64,000 bases of DNA from positions 178,376,001-178,440,000 of the forward strand of contig NC_058368.1 in assembly GCF_018350175.1 (NCBI RefSeq). The letters run 5' to 3'. This DNA is from Felis catus (Eukaryota). The notes below the pieces were generated by a model. That model saw only the letters and a list, made by a program, of their open reading frames with translations. It had not been told where the DNA came from and searched no databases. Positions 12,730 to 25,070 of this stretch are shown piece by piece (positions within the stretch are counted from its first letter, which is position 1; each line of letters starts with the position of its first letter). The translations under genes were made by a program, and so were the position numbers.

Positions 12730-13480
12730 TCAGGTTCTCATGAAAAAATCTGAATCTCCTGAAGACCTGGCCACACTGGCCACATTCCCACAGGCTTGAA
12801 TGACCAGCTGGAGCCAAGGAGCACCTGCTCCCTTCATTTATTTTTATTTGTTTTAATTTTACTTAAATCCGAGTTAGTTAACATACACCGTAATAATGCT
12901 TTCAGGAGTAGAACTCAGTGATATTCGTCACTTCCACATAGCGCCCGGTGCCCATCCCAACAAGCGTCCTCCATTTTAATGCCCACCACCCATTTAGCCC
13001 ATCCCCCCACCCAATGCCCCTCCAGCAACACTCAGTTTCTTCTCTGTATTTAAGAGTCCCTTAGGGTTTGCCTCCCTCTCTGCTTTTACCTTATTTTTCC
13101 TTCCCTTTCCCTATGCTTATCTGTTTTGTTTCTTCAATTCCACATATGAATGAAATCATACGAAATTTATCTTTCTCTGACTGACTTATTTCGCTTAGCA
13201 TAATACATTCTAGTTCCATCCACGTTGTTGCAAATGCTAAGACTTCATTCTTTTTTGGTTGCCAAGCAGGATTCCATTGTATGCATAGACCACATCTTCT
13301 TTGTCCGTTCGTCAGTTGATGGACATTTGGGCTCTATCTTATAATTTGACAGTGCTGCTGTATCAGCATTTTTGGATGCTTTGGATAAATACCTAGTAGT
13401 GCAATTGCCGGGTCGACCCAGCAGCTGCTCCCTTTAGATAGAACATGCCCTTGCAAATCTTTGACAGTGTCACACTGGCA
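12730..13480. mobile_element. MER102-like hAT relic interrupted by the L1 at 12835-13419
   Basis: gaagacctggccacactggccacattcccaca...gctggagcc...gctgctccctttagatagaacatg joins across the L1 and resembles the recalled MER102 interior. Confidence 0.45.
12835..13419 (-). mobile_element. 5'-truncated carnivore L1 3' end with TSD
   Basis: Reverse L1 3' UTR/ORF2 end (ctgacttatttcgcttagcataata, gttccatccacgttgttgcaaatg, ggataaatacctagtagtgcaattgc); TSD agca(c/g)ctgctccctt at 12820-12834 and 13420-13434. Confidence 0.92.
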
Positions 13481-13969
13481 CGGACCCCAGAATGTGAGGG
13501 CAAGAACCAGAGCTGCCCTCCTGCCTTGCCCGCCTACATTGTACTAGGTGTTGAGTCAGCTGTAAAAATGTCCTCACAGACTTTCTCATGGGAAGCATAA
13601 GCCTGTGTTCAACCACTCGTGCACCCATCCACGCGTCAAGTGTTACTGAGCACTTCCTCTTTTCTGGGTACCGTGTGAAACTTGAAGATAGAAGTTTAAA
13701 CCAGACAGACATCTTAGATCTACCTTCTCACTCAAGCTTCTTGTCCGAGGTCTTCCCCTTACTTGGGAATAAGAACTGGGAGCCACGTCCCCTTCCAGAC
13801 AGGCCAGCCTGCTATGAGGTGTCCTTACCCGCACAGACCCCAAGATGGTAGCTGTGCCACTAACCAACTCTGCAACACCATCACATGTATAAGACACGTG
13901 TTAGCCTGCTGGGGGCAGAAGGTGGTAGGGGAAGATCTTTCTATTGTTCTCGCTCATGAACAGTAGAGG

Positions 13970-14200
13970 CGAGGTGGCATCATGCAGGGTTAAAAAGAAT
14001 GTGGATTCTGGGACAGACTGCCTGGGTTTAAAGCCTGGTGCAGTCAGTGCTACCTTAGACAAGTTAGCCTCTCTGGGTCTCAGTTTTCCTCACCTGGCAA
14101 ATGGGGATAATGATGGTTCCTATCTCGTGAAGTGGTTATGAGAATTAATAGTTGTCAAGTGATTGGAATGTAGCAAGAATTTTATTTAAGGATATAATTA
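13970..14200 (+). mobile_element. MIR SINE
   Basis: gacagactgcctgggttt...ctctctgggtctcagttttcctcacctggcaaatggggataatgat. Confidence 0.8.
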
Positions 14201-14589
14201 ATAACTAACGAGAGCCAGGGATACACACAGGTTGTGAGATAGGAGTGCGATCACGTGATTTCCAGGCATCCTTCCCTGTTCGGGATTTTAGGATTCATCT
14301 GCAAAACAGAGGTGTTCCTCATGGGACTGGTTGTGCGTGTTATCCAGAAAGTGCCTGTGGTGTTGTACCCAGTGTCTGGGCTGCAGGAGGTGCTCCCTGG
14401 GGTTGTTTCCTCCTTCCTCTCTCCCTCAGGCACTCGGCTGACAGCTTGATGCTGGTGTGTAGCCTCACCCTTGGGAGGAGTTCCCTGCTCTGAGCTGAGG
14501 ATGATGTCATTCGCTGCAACCCTCCCGTGCTGCCAGGGTTTCCAAGGAAGAGAAGGCGGTGCTGGCCCCCGCTCCACACCAGCACCAGC

Positions 14590-15260
14590 CCCGGCCTGGA
14601 CAGCTCCCGACAGTCTCTGGTCCACACTATCCCCTCCGCAATTCCTTCTCCACTCCAAAGTTTGAAAAGCATCAATGGGAGCTCGTCATTCCTGCTTAAA
14701 ACCTGCTAGAGGCCTCTCCTTGCACTTAGAATAAAACCCCACCTCCTTAGCATGGCCCACAAGGGCCTGCATGGCCTTGCCCTTGTTCACCTCTTAACTG
14801 CTTCAACCACCCTCCCCCTCATTTACTGTGGTCTAGACATGGCTGCCTTTGTTCTCTTCTTTCTGTCTGGCCTGAGGGGCCTTCCTTCTTCCCCCAGACG
14901 TTTACCTATCTGGTCCCTTCCTGTTTCTGAGGCCTGAGCACAAACGCCACCTCCTCAGGGAGTCCTCCAGGATCTCCACATTAGCAGCTCTTGACTCCCC
15001 CTGCGTTACTCCTCTCATGTCCCCTGTTTATTTCCTTTGTGGCGCTTATCATTCCCCCCAATTGCCTTATTGGTTTGTTTCCTTGATTGTTGTCTGTCTC
15101 TACCCCAATTCATAGAGCAAAAGATCATAAATCCCATGAAAACAAGTAATTTGTTTTGCTCTTTTTTTGTTTAGCTTTATATCCTGCCCCCAGCATGGTG
15201 CCCGGGACACAGCAGACTCTCAATAAATATTTGTAGGGTCAATGTGGGAATGAATGGGTT
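14590..15260 (+). mobile_element. L2 3' region
   Basis: cctgcttaaaacc...ttgcacttagaataaaaccc...catggcccacaagggcctgcatg; ends with ctcaataaatatttgt...gaatgaatg. Confidence 0.8.
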
Positions 15261-16056
15261 CATTCCTTTCAGAGGCCAAGAGACATGCCCTGGTCCCTCC
15301 CAGGGCCTGATGCTGCACTGAGACCTCCTGTGACAAATGGTTCTAATTTTAATAACTTCCTAAAGACTGGGAGAATGCAGTGTCCTTGATCTATAAAGTG
15401 GAGGACTGGTTCTTCCTCCAGCCCATCCCTGACTTCACCACGGACATGCACACACAACCACCACACACACATAACAACATGGCTCTAGTGAGGCCACACA
15501 GATAAATGCAGAAATCATGCAGGAGACTAGGCAAAGGCACACAATAGTCCATTTTACAGCGGAGACCAGTCAAAGCCCCAGCTCAGACTGTTGAGTTGGA
15601 CCCTGAAGGACGAGTATAGGTTTTACTAAAAGACAAGACATAGAAATGACAAGTAAGGGGACGAGGACGAGAAAGGCATGCAAGTGTCAACATACATGGT
15701 GTCCTGGGGTACAGTGGGTTGGGTGTGGCTGAGCAGGGATACGTGTGAGAGGGGAAGAGATAAGTCTAGAAGGGAGACTGTGCAGCTTCTGGAATCCCTG
15801 CTAAAACACCCGGGCAGCTTCGGTACAGGCCCTGGGGAAACCCTGGAGGCTGTCTGGCAAGGGGCTGTCATAGTCAGACTGAAGCTTCAGGATGATTACA
15901 CTGGTGCGGAGTTGGGCATGATTGGAAGACAGGAAGTTAGAGAGAGGGAAGGGAGAAAGGCAGTTGTTGAGAAAAGACCAAGGCCTGTTCCAAGGTAATG
16001 GAATTTCAGAGAGAAATGAGAGGGTGTATTCAAGAGTTACTTGGGAAGTAGACTCA

Positions 16057-16250
16057 TGGGTGGTTCAGTCAATTGAGCGTGTGACTCTTGATTTGGGCTC
16101 AGGTCATGACCTCCCAGCTCGTGATACGGAGCCCCATGTCAGGCTCTGCACTGACAGTGCAGAGCCTGCTTGGACTTCTCTCTCTCTCTCCTTCTGCCTC
16201 TTTCTCTCTCTCTCTCTCTCTCAAAATAAATAAATAAACATTAACAGAAA
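16057..16250 (+). mobile_element. Can-SINE, older subtype, slightly 5'-truncated
   Basis: tgggtggttcagtcaattgagcgtgtgactcttgatttgggctcaggtcatga..., (CT)n, aataaa tail; TSD gaagtagactca at 16045-16056 and 16251-16262. Confidence 0.93.
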
Positions 16251-16332
16251 GAAGTAGACTCACAGTTCAGCTCTTGGTGGCCAAATGAACACAGTATTAA
16301 GTGAAAGGACAAAGTTAAAGATTACTACTGCT

Positions 16333-16412
16333 ATCATCATCATCATCACAGTCATTGTCATCTCCGCCATCACTGCCATCATCATCATCATCACCATCAC
16401 CATCTTCATCAT
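16333..16412. repeat. Degenerate (CAT/CAC)n trinucleotide repeat
   Basis: atcatcatcatcatcac...catcatcatcatcaccatcaccatcttcatcat. Confidence 0.85.
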
Positions 16413-17019
16413 TCCAGCTAACGTTTACTTGACTTGAACTCTGAATCAGACACTGTTACAAAGCTTGTTTTGGGAAGACTCCTCAGATCTACTGGGATTC
16501 TGTAAGCCTTAAAAACCACCTACTTTGCTTACCTGTCTTCTCTGAACTTCCTCTCCTGGATAAATGCTTTCTTCTGTTCCAGAACCAAGTGTGTTCGTGC
16601 TTACTGTTCCTTACAGTTCTCGTGAGGGGTACAATTCTGTCAGTAAGTTCTCAAGCTTCTAGTGTAGACACGATGGCCAACTGCCCAGCTAACTGCCCAG
16701 ATCATGGGGCCTGTTCCATGGCTATGGTCCAATAGCTTAAGGAACAACTGGGTTCTAACCACTTGATATTTCTTTCTTAATGCTTACCATGACAGTTTAA
16801 TGCTCTTATAAACTCCACAAAACAGAAACCACGTCTGTTTTATTCACTAATGTATACCGATAGTGGTAGGCATAGTGGGCATTTAACATGCATTTGTTGA
16901 ATAAATGTTATTTATACCTCTACAACCCACTTTTCAATGTTCGTTGATGGCATACATATCTTGTGACAGAAGTGAAATCTATCCAAAAAATGAATTATCA
17001 CTGTTCCAAGTTCCTTATA

Positions 17020-17228
17020 CTTTTGTGGTCCAATATTCTCAAATATGATGAAAACATCAAATCGAACAGGCTTTTCATGTGTAGGACTTCTCAAAGCCTA
17101 TAGTGTTCTAACGCATGTTGTGAATCTCCAAGTGAAGTTTCAAGTATATAACATTTCTTAAGCTTATTTAAACACAGAGGCCCTCTATGTGGTTTACAGT
17201 TTCCAGGAACACACTTTAAGAAATGCTG
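17020..17228 (-). mobile_element. MER103C-like hAT-Charlie relic
   Basis: ggacttctcaaagcct...ttgtgaatctccaag...cttattt...ggaacacactttaagaaatgctg terminal motif. Confidence 0.5.
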
Positions 17229-17459
17229 GAGCTAAGTTCAGTGCTCAGTGATTTCAGCAGCAATAGACCAGCCATCATTATCCCAGGTTTCCTTATTTAC
17301 ACTGTCAACATAGTTAAGAGACAGCAAATCCAATTTATCAATTAGTTGCATGAATGTCAGTTCCTTAAATCAGAGTAGGTTTGCTTAGCCAAGAACATTA
17401 TCATGGGCTAAGGTTGGGACTAAAAGTTTTTCTTTTAAAAATTTAGAACCCAGGACCAT

Positions 17460-17930
17460 CTATGTTGAGGGTATTATGCTAAGTGAAGTAAGTCAGAGAA
17501 AGGCAAATGCAAGATAATCTCACTTCTGTGTAGAATCTAGAAAACAAGACAAGCAAACAAATAAACTCACGAACACAGAGAAGAGTGGTGGTTGCCAGGG
17601 AGGAGGGGATGGGTGACGTGGCAGAAGGGGGTTGGGAGGCACAGGCTTCCAGGTGTGAAATGAATAGTTCATAGGGGTGGCTTGTATAGCATGGTGACGA
17701 TAGTCAGTGGCAATGCAGTGCATATTTGAAGATTGCTGGGAGAGTGAATCTTCAAAGTCCTCAAAGAAGAAAAAGAGTTCTTTTTATATCTTTTTATAGT
17801 GACTGGACTTCTGGTGTTGATCGTCTACAGTGTAAACAGGTGCCAAATCATTACATAGTACACCTGAAATTAATATAATGCTGTATGTAAATTATACATC
17901 CAATTAATTAATAAATTAATTTTTAAAAAG
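17460..17930 (+). mobile_element. L1 3' UTR (L1MA9-like)
   Basis: gagggtattatgctaagtgaagtaagtcaga...gtggttgccagg...gtatagcatggtgac...tacacctgaaattaatataatgctgtatgtaaattata. Confidence 0.85.
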
Positions 17931-18334
17931 AAACCAAGAATTCCATATTTGAAACTGTGGATGAAAGTATAGGTTAACCAAGGCTGATAAAAGGCATATA
18001 CTCTTTTTTTTTTTTAGCACAGGTGAGATTTGTTTTCACTACAATGAATACAGCTTCTGACGACAAGATAACTGTCTCTGTCAGACCTGGAGTGGAGAGA
18101 GAGGGGCTCACCTTGGGCTGTGCAGAAGCCAAGTAGGGACCCTATCCCTCACAGTGACCATGAGCACCTCCCAGCACTAGAGCCTGGAGCACTCCCCAGA
18201 TTCTCCAGCCTGTCTCTATCTTAGAGGTCCCAGCAATAGGACTCTCTCATCTAAAAAGAGACAGGTAGTTCAGTCTGGAGTGACTCTGAAAGAGGTAACT
18301 CTGAAAGCAGGGCTAATGCACTTAAATAATGAAG

Positions 18335-18928
18335 GAAAACTAAAAAGCAACCGACAGAATGGGAGAAGATATTTGCAAATGACATATCAGACAAAGGGTT
18401 AGTATCCAAAATCTAAAAAGAACTTATCAAACTCAACACCCAAAAAACAAATCATCCAGTGAAGAAATGGGCAAAAGACATGAATAGACACTTCTCCAAA
18501 GAAGACATCCAGATGGCCAACCGACATATGAAAAAATGCTCAACATCACTCATCATCAGGGAAATACAAATCAAAACCACAATGAGATACCACTTCACAC
18601 CTGTCAGAATGGCTAACATGAACAACTCAGGCAATGACAGATGTTGGCAAGGATGCAGAGAAAGAGGATCTCTCTTGCATTGCTGGTGGGAATGCAAGCT
18701 GGTGCAGCCACTCTGGAAAACAGTATGGAGGTTCCTCAAAAAATTAAAAATAGAACTATCCTATGACCCAGCAATTGCACTACTAAGTATTTATCCAAGG
18801 GATACAGGTGTGGTGTTTCGAAGGGGCACATACATCCCAATGTTTATAGCAGTACTATCAACAATAGCCAAAGTATGGAAAGAGCCCAAATGTCCATCAA
18901 TGGATGAATGGATAAAGAAGATGTGGTA

Positions 18929-18976
<48 letters not shown>

Positions 18977-19329
18977 ATGGAGTATTACTCCACAATCAAA
19001 AAGAAGGAAATCTTGCCATTTGCAACTATATGGATGGAACTAGAGGGTATTATGCTAAGTAAAATTAGTCAGAGAAAGACAAATATCATATGACTTCACT
19101 CATATGAAGCCTTTAAGAGACAAAACAGATTAACATAAAGGAAGAGAAACAAAAATAATATAAAAACAGGGAGGGGGACAAAACATAAAAGACTCTTAAA
19201 TATGGAGAACAAATAGAAGGCTACTGGAGGGGTTGTGGGAGGGGAGATGAGCTAAATGGGTAAGGGGCATTAAGGAATCTACTCCTGAAATCATTGTTGC
19301 ACTATATGCTAACTGATTTGGATGTAAAT

Positions 19330-19360
<31 letters not shown>
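18335..19360 (+). mobile_element. 5'-truncated young feline/carnivore L1 (ORF2 C-terminus + 3' UTR + (TAAA)n tail)
   Basis: ORF 18459..19043 ([44 protein letters not shown]...[13 protein letters not shown]) is the L1 ORF2 Cys-rich C-terminal region. Feline-type 3' UTR, (TAAA)n tail, imperfect TSD taaata(a/g)tga at 18323-18332 and 19360-19369. Confidence 0.96.
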
Positions 19361-19779
19361 AAATAGTGAGCTGTAAGAGTTATGCACTCATGGGCTACTC
19401 CCAGCTCCTGAGGTTAACTACAACCTTGTTTAGAAACCAGGATGTAAACTTAGTGGTGTCCACATAAAACTTGAACCTCAAAGGACTAGACCTTTAATAT
19501 AATGGGAGTAAGAAATTATATCTTTACTATAAAAGCGAGTAAGAAACGAATTAACACAGAAAATATGCCTGTCCTGACTTTGATGTTGGGGTTAGGTGGG
19601 GAAGGAATGGGACCCATTTTTCTGGGAATCTGTAACCCTATGCTAGCCCTCACTTGGGTTTGTGGTCTGAAAAATCTCAAGGAGTAAATTTTATTTAAAA
19701 TGATTGTGGAGTAGTAGTTTTCCCAGGTAAGTGGGAGAAGCATATAGTCCTTTCTGGAGAAGTGAAAATTTAACTCAGT

Positions 19780-20760
19780 CCTCAAATAATTCTCAAAGAT
19801 AAGGTTCCAAGGAACATTCACCCTCAAACATTATAAAACATACAAGGAAACAGGGCACTATGAGAGACAGCCAGCAGGAATAATAGATAGCAAAATCAGA
19901 TCTGTAAAACTTCAGATATCAGAATTTCTCTCAGAATACAAGATGAGGATGTTTATATGTTTAAAAAAATAAGGGAGAGATGTGAAAATATGAGCAAGTA
20001 ACAAGATACTATAAAAATGTCTTACCAGATTTGAAAAAGAATCATATAGAACATAGAAATGAAAAATACTTTAGTTAAAATGTTTAAAAGTCTCAATGAA
20101 TGAATACGTATAGGTTAAAGCACAAAGTGGACCTAATTAAAGACAGAATTAGAAAATAGATAAATACAAATAAAAATTTTCTAGAATGCAGGCTAGAAAA
20201 GACAAAGATGGGAAATGAAATATGATTAAAAGATATGGAGGATAGTGAGAAGACCTAACTCGGGGCCACTGCTTGTGATCACTGAGGTAGGATACAGCAA
20301 AATTCTAGAAGGTGTACGTTACATCACAACAGACGACAGAGAAATATTAAAAGTAGTCAAAGAGAAGAGTTAGATCATTGACAAACAGCAATTAGGGTAG
20401 CAGCTGTCTTTTTGACAATAACAATGGAAGCCAGTATGTAACACAATGATATTTTCAGTGTGTCAAGAGAAAGTAATTCACCACCTGCAAATGTATGCCC
20501 AAGAGAGATTATATTTCAGGAATGAGAGCAAACTAAAGACATTTTGGACAAAAACAGAGTTTATCACCAACAGATCCTTACCAAAGAAATTCTGAAAGAC
20601 ATAGCTTAGCCAGAAGGAAAACTGACCCAGATAGAAGGTCTCAGATTCACAAAGGAATACTAAGCAAATATGTGATTAATATGAAGGTAAGTCTAAACTA
20701 ATATTACTGTATAAGTTAATAATCATGTTTAATTTGTTGGCTTGAAAACAACAAGATAGA
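19780..20760 (+). mobile_element. Ancient L1M/HAL1-type ORF1 region (outer element, left part)
   Basis: A-rich; degenerate ORF1 motifs (atggaggatag...agacctaac, acaatggaagccag, gaatgagagcaaactaaagacatttt). Confidence 0.7.
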
Positions 20761-23168
20761 GTACTATTTTCAGGTAAGATATAGTAGATCACGGCAAAGA
20801 ACTCTCCCAGTGTAACAACTACAAAAAAAAGCTGCAAAAATAAAAATTTTTAACATATAAAAGAATACGGAAATGAAGATTAAATGTACCAAAACTGCAG
20901 AAAGAGAACAGCCCTTCCTAGGTAAGCTGATGAGTATGACAGCTTCCTTCCCTGGGCACATTTGTGAGTCTGGACATGGGTTGAGGCCTGCCTCGCCCCA
21001 AGCAGAGGTAGTCTACTGAGGGAAATGGAAACTAGCAGAGCTTTGGACTGTTGTGCAGAACTGGCATGATGGATTGAATGTTAGAAGAGCCAGAAATATA
21101 AGGACAATTTTCCCCTGGAACATTGCTGAGTGCTGAAGGAGCACAGGGAGTATGGAAGCTGGGATGGAAGGTTGGAAAAAAAATCTCATAATCTCAGGAT
21201 ACTTAAGAGACAGAGTTCCATGAGGGAGGGAGAGCCTGACATAAATGCTTGACCGTTTTGCCCTTTGTAAGGATGAGGGGACACAGACCACCTAGGCTGT
21301 CATTCAACAGCACTGGAGGGCAACACTCAAGGAACAGGGACAAGCCAGAGGTGATCGATTCAGTGTGCTATGAACTGCAACCCCTCCATGACGCAGTTCA
21401 ATTCCTGAGTAGACTGAGATCATCAGCCTTTCATCCTGTCCCCCGATAGAAGAAAGGGGAAATCTCTCTGGTAGAATGTATCTGCTGAAGCTTCCACAGT
21501 ACTTTACTACACAACATCCAGCAAACACTCAAAAGTATGAGGACTGTGAAGAGGCAGGAAGAGTAGGAAAAAAGGAATCAAACAACAAAAACAGATCCAC
21601 AGAAGGTCCACATATCATGGTCATGAGCCAACGATGTTAACTATGATTACTCTGTTAAAGAAAACAGAGGAGGGGTGCCTGGGTGGCTCAGTCGCTTGAG
21701 TGTCCGACTTCAGCTCAGGTCATGATCTCACAGTCCCATGAGTTCAAGCCCTGTGTCAGGCTCTGTGCTGTCAGCTCAGAGCCTGGAGTCTGCTTCAGAT
21801 TCTGTGTCTCCCTCTCTCTCTGCCCCTCCCCCACTCATGCTCTGTCTCTCTCTGTCTCAAAAATAAACATTAAAAGAATTTTTTTAAATAAAGAAAACAG
21901 AGGAAGTTAAGGACAAAATGGATGAAAATATGTAGCCTCCAAAGTCTACTTTTCAAGAGTTACTTGGAATCAATAAAAAAAAAAAGGTACAAACTTACTG
22001 GATGGGTTTAACAGCAGGTCAGACATAATAGACTGTAACATCAGTAATTTGAAGACAGAACAATGGAGAAAAGCTAAACTAAAATCAGAGGGGAAAAAGT
22101 AACATTAAAAAAACAATAGAGTATAAGTATGATGTGTGTCATCATAGAAGGTCTAACATACACTTAATTGGAGTCCCAAAAGCAAGGAGAGAAACTGGGC
22201 AGAAGCAATATTTGGAAATATAATAGTCAAGAGCTTCCCAAACTGCTAAAAGACAATATATATTTCTCGGGGTTCTTGAAATCCCAAAAAGAATAAACAC
22301 ATAGAAAATCACACTCACACACTTTACAGTTAAACTGTTGAAAACCAAAGACAAAGAAAAATTCTCAAGAGCAGTCACAGAGAAAAAAAGGACAAATTAT
22401 ATTCAAAGAAACATTAATAAGTCTATTACCTGACTTTTCAACAAAAGCAAATGAACTCTAGAAAATGTCTTTAAAATGCTGTAATAAAAAAATAACAGAC
22501 TGTCACTCTCATATTTTATACATAGCAAAAGAAATCCTGCAGAAAATAAAACAAAATAGGGAAAGTTTTAGACAAATGGAAACTAAAAATCAACAAAAAC
22601 CTAAAGCCATCAGACCAGCACAAGAAGATATACCAAAGGAAGTTCTTCAGACTGAAGTAAAATTATTTCAGCCAGAAACACAAAATTGTAAGAAGAATAG
22701 AGAACAGTAACAAAGGAAATAATCTGAGTAAGCATGCAAGAATATTGAGATTTAAAATGACAGTATTAAACATGTCTTGTGGGATTTAAAACATATGTAG
22801 ATGTCAAATGTTTAACAACAATAGCACAAAAAGGAAACAGAAAACAATGGAATTCATTTGTTATAAAGTTCTTGTGTTGTTCAGGAACTAGTAAAAGTCC
22901 AAACTTAAAAATAAACTAGGATGTCTAAGCCTTATACAGGCTAAAGATTTATATCGAAACTTGTGGGGTCATCACTGAAAAATAATTCTGAAATATGAAG
23001 AAAAAATATATTAAAAAAACCTAGAATAATGGAAACATTTGTTTAATTTCCAAAAAAAAATACAGCAAAGAAAAGAATGAACAAAGAAATGACAAGTAGA
23101 AAACATATAGCAAAGTGGCAGAATTAAACCCCACTGTATCAGTTAGTATGGTAAATGTAAATGGATTA
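20761..23168 (+). mobile_element. Ancient L1M element: 5' region + ORF1 + first codons of ORF2 (inner element)
   Basis: ORF1 motif ggtctaacatacacttaattggagtccca (SNIHLIGVP) at ~22150; ORF2-start motif gtaaatgtaaatggattaaa (VNVNGL) at ~23150-23170. Confidence 0.75.
21672..21888 (+). mobile_element. Can-SINE (SINEC_Fc2-like) inserted in old L1
   Basis: ggggtgcctgggtggctcagtcg... head; perfect 16-bp TSD taaagaaaacagagga at 21656-21671 and 21889-21904. Confidence 0.96.
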
Positions 23169-23350
23169 AAAATAACATGATAGAACTAGAATAACGAACC
23201 ATGGCATTTAAGTTGGGAAGAAGGTAATCAGAGTCCAAACATTGTAAAACTATCATTACTGAAAAGAAGGGTAAAGATATCAGTGAGATTTAGATTTTGT
23301 TAAGTGTGCATGTTAAAATATCTAGGATACACAATTAAAAAGAATCAACC
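23169..23350 (+). mobile_element. Ancient L1M/HAL1-type element (outer element, right part)
   Basis: Post-ORF1-like sequence (tttagattttgttaagtgtgcatgttaaaatatctagg) resuming after a duplicated junction motif. Confidence 0.5.
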
Positions 23351-24268
23351 TAGTAGGCTCTCTATTCTGAGTTCCTTTAAAAAGTGTTATCAGTTACTCT
23401 AAATTTGACAAATAATTATTCAAGTCTGTACAGTTACAAGGTTTGGTAGAGAAATAAGTCTTCCTAACATGAAAATATTTACTAAGGAGCTGGCTACTTA
23501 AATATTTAGTTTATACTCAAGTAGTACTCCCCATTGACAGTGTTTCCTAACCTTATTCATCTCACCTATGTGTTTGTTGGTTTTCTTCAGCTTGTTGGTT
23601 GTTGTAAATGTCTGGAAAAGCAATGGAAATTCAAAGGAAATTGATGAGAAGAAAAATGCAAATCTTGAAACAAATCAGAATTTCATGAAATTAGCAAAAG
23701 TGCTGTTGGAAAACTGCTCCACTGACATTTAAACTACAATGAAGAATTGGCAGAGTTAAACTAGTTAAGAATTGAAGAAGAGAAAATCGACAATGATGCC
23801 AGGTGTTTCAAAAGAGAATAATTTTATCATGTAATGACTAGAAGATGCCCTTGGGAAACTGACAAACCTCTGAAATATTGGCTCAAAACGAGCCAATCTT
23901 TATAACGAGCCACTGTATATAATCGTGCTGGGAGAGTCAAACACGAAATGAAGAATGTTACGTTGCATTAAGATATAACTCCATCTTAAAAATTTCACCC
24001 TCCCTCAAAATAAACCCTAATCAACACTTGATAATTCCTATTTTTCATTGAAAAAATGAGCCCATTTGACATTAGAACCTACATTTTGTTAAGAGAAGAT
24101 AAAAAAAAGAAATGCTTTCCTGCTTTCAGTTTCAGTTTCTCAAGGTATGACCCCATTCAAACTTTTCTTCCCTCAGCGATTACAATGAATACTTGTTATT
24201 TTGAGAAGCTTCTCTTTCAGTGGTATTTCACTGGTACCAATTTTTCTTAGAAAAATGAGGACTACCTG
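23350..24268 (+). mobile_element. Tigger-type (TcMar) DNA transposon relic
   Basis: AT-rich; acidic transposase-tail-like sequence (aatgaagaattggcagagtta...gaagaagag); ends in gaggactacctg, resembling a Tigger terminal repeat. Confidence 0.4.
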
Positions 24269-24854
24269 TGTCTTCTTTCTTTTACCCAATAAGCCTCTTT
24301 TTGTGTATGTAGGTATGTACCTCTTATTTTCTTTTCCATGCAAGACTGAGTCTTAGCACTTCCTGGGTTTTGACAGTTACCATGAACCAGGCACTTTGCT
24401 GAGTGCATACCTATGAGACATTTAGACTTAGAAGCTGAGGTCTATAGAGTTTAAGCAATTAACTTGCCCAGTGCCACACAGGGAGTTTATGAGTCAGTCC
24501 CAAACCAAGCTTTTGATTTGGATGCTACACTTTCCTATTCATTTTTCTCTCCCCTATTTCTCTTTCTCTCCATCACAGAGTCTGCCCCATAGTAGGTGCT
24601 TAGTAAATGTTGGCGGGTCCACATCATACCTTAACTGAGGTCCTCGGGTCAGTGTGATATGGCCAAATAACTATCACTACCATTGTTCAGTTTCACTTTT
24701 GGGGGTATGGCTAGGAGCCCAGGTGCTATCAATCTATAGACGGGGCTACCTCTTTAGGACAGGAACTGCCAGTAGAGAATCTTTTTCCTAACTTACTTTA
24801 TAGATATCACTGGTATCACTGGGATGGGAGAGCTGGAAGGGAACCAGCAGGTCC

Positions 24855-25070
24855 TGAGTTTCTATATGTGCCAGGTACTCAGTGTCCGAGGTGTTTCAAA
24901 TCTATTACCTGCATCTCCTAAGAACTGTGCAGTAGGTATTATAATCTCCTTATTGTAGGTGCACAAACTGGACCTCAGAGAGGTGAAGGCATTTGCTAAG
25001 GCTGTACAGCCCACAAGCGGCAGAGACAGGATTCAAGCTGATTGACTGCAAACCCCTTCCCGCTTCATAA
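24855..25070 (-). mobile_element. MIR SINE
   Basis: tatgtgccaggtact...gtaggtattataatctcc...ctcagagaggtgaaggcatttgctaagg. Confidence 0.7.

Noticed and set aside
18459..19043. 194-aa ORF as a host gene or active L1
   Set aside because: It is the C-terminal fragment of L1 ORF2 in a 5'-truncated copy, disrupted by a microsatellite.
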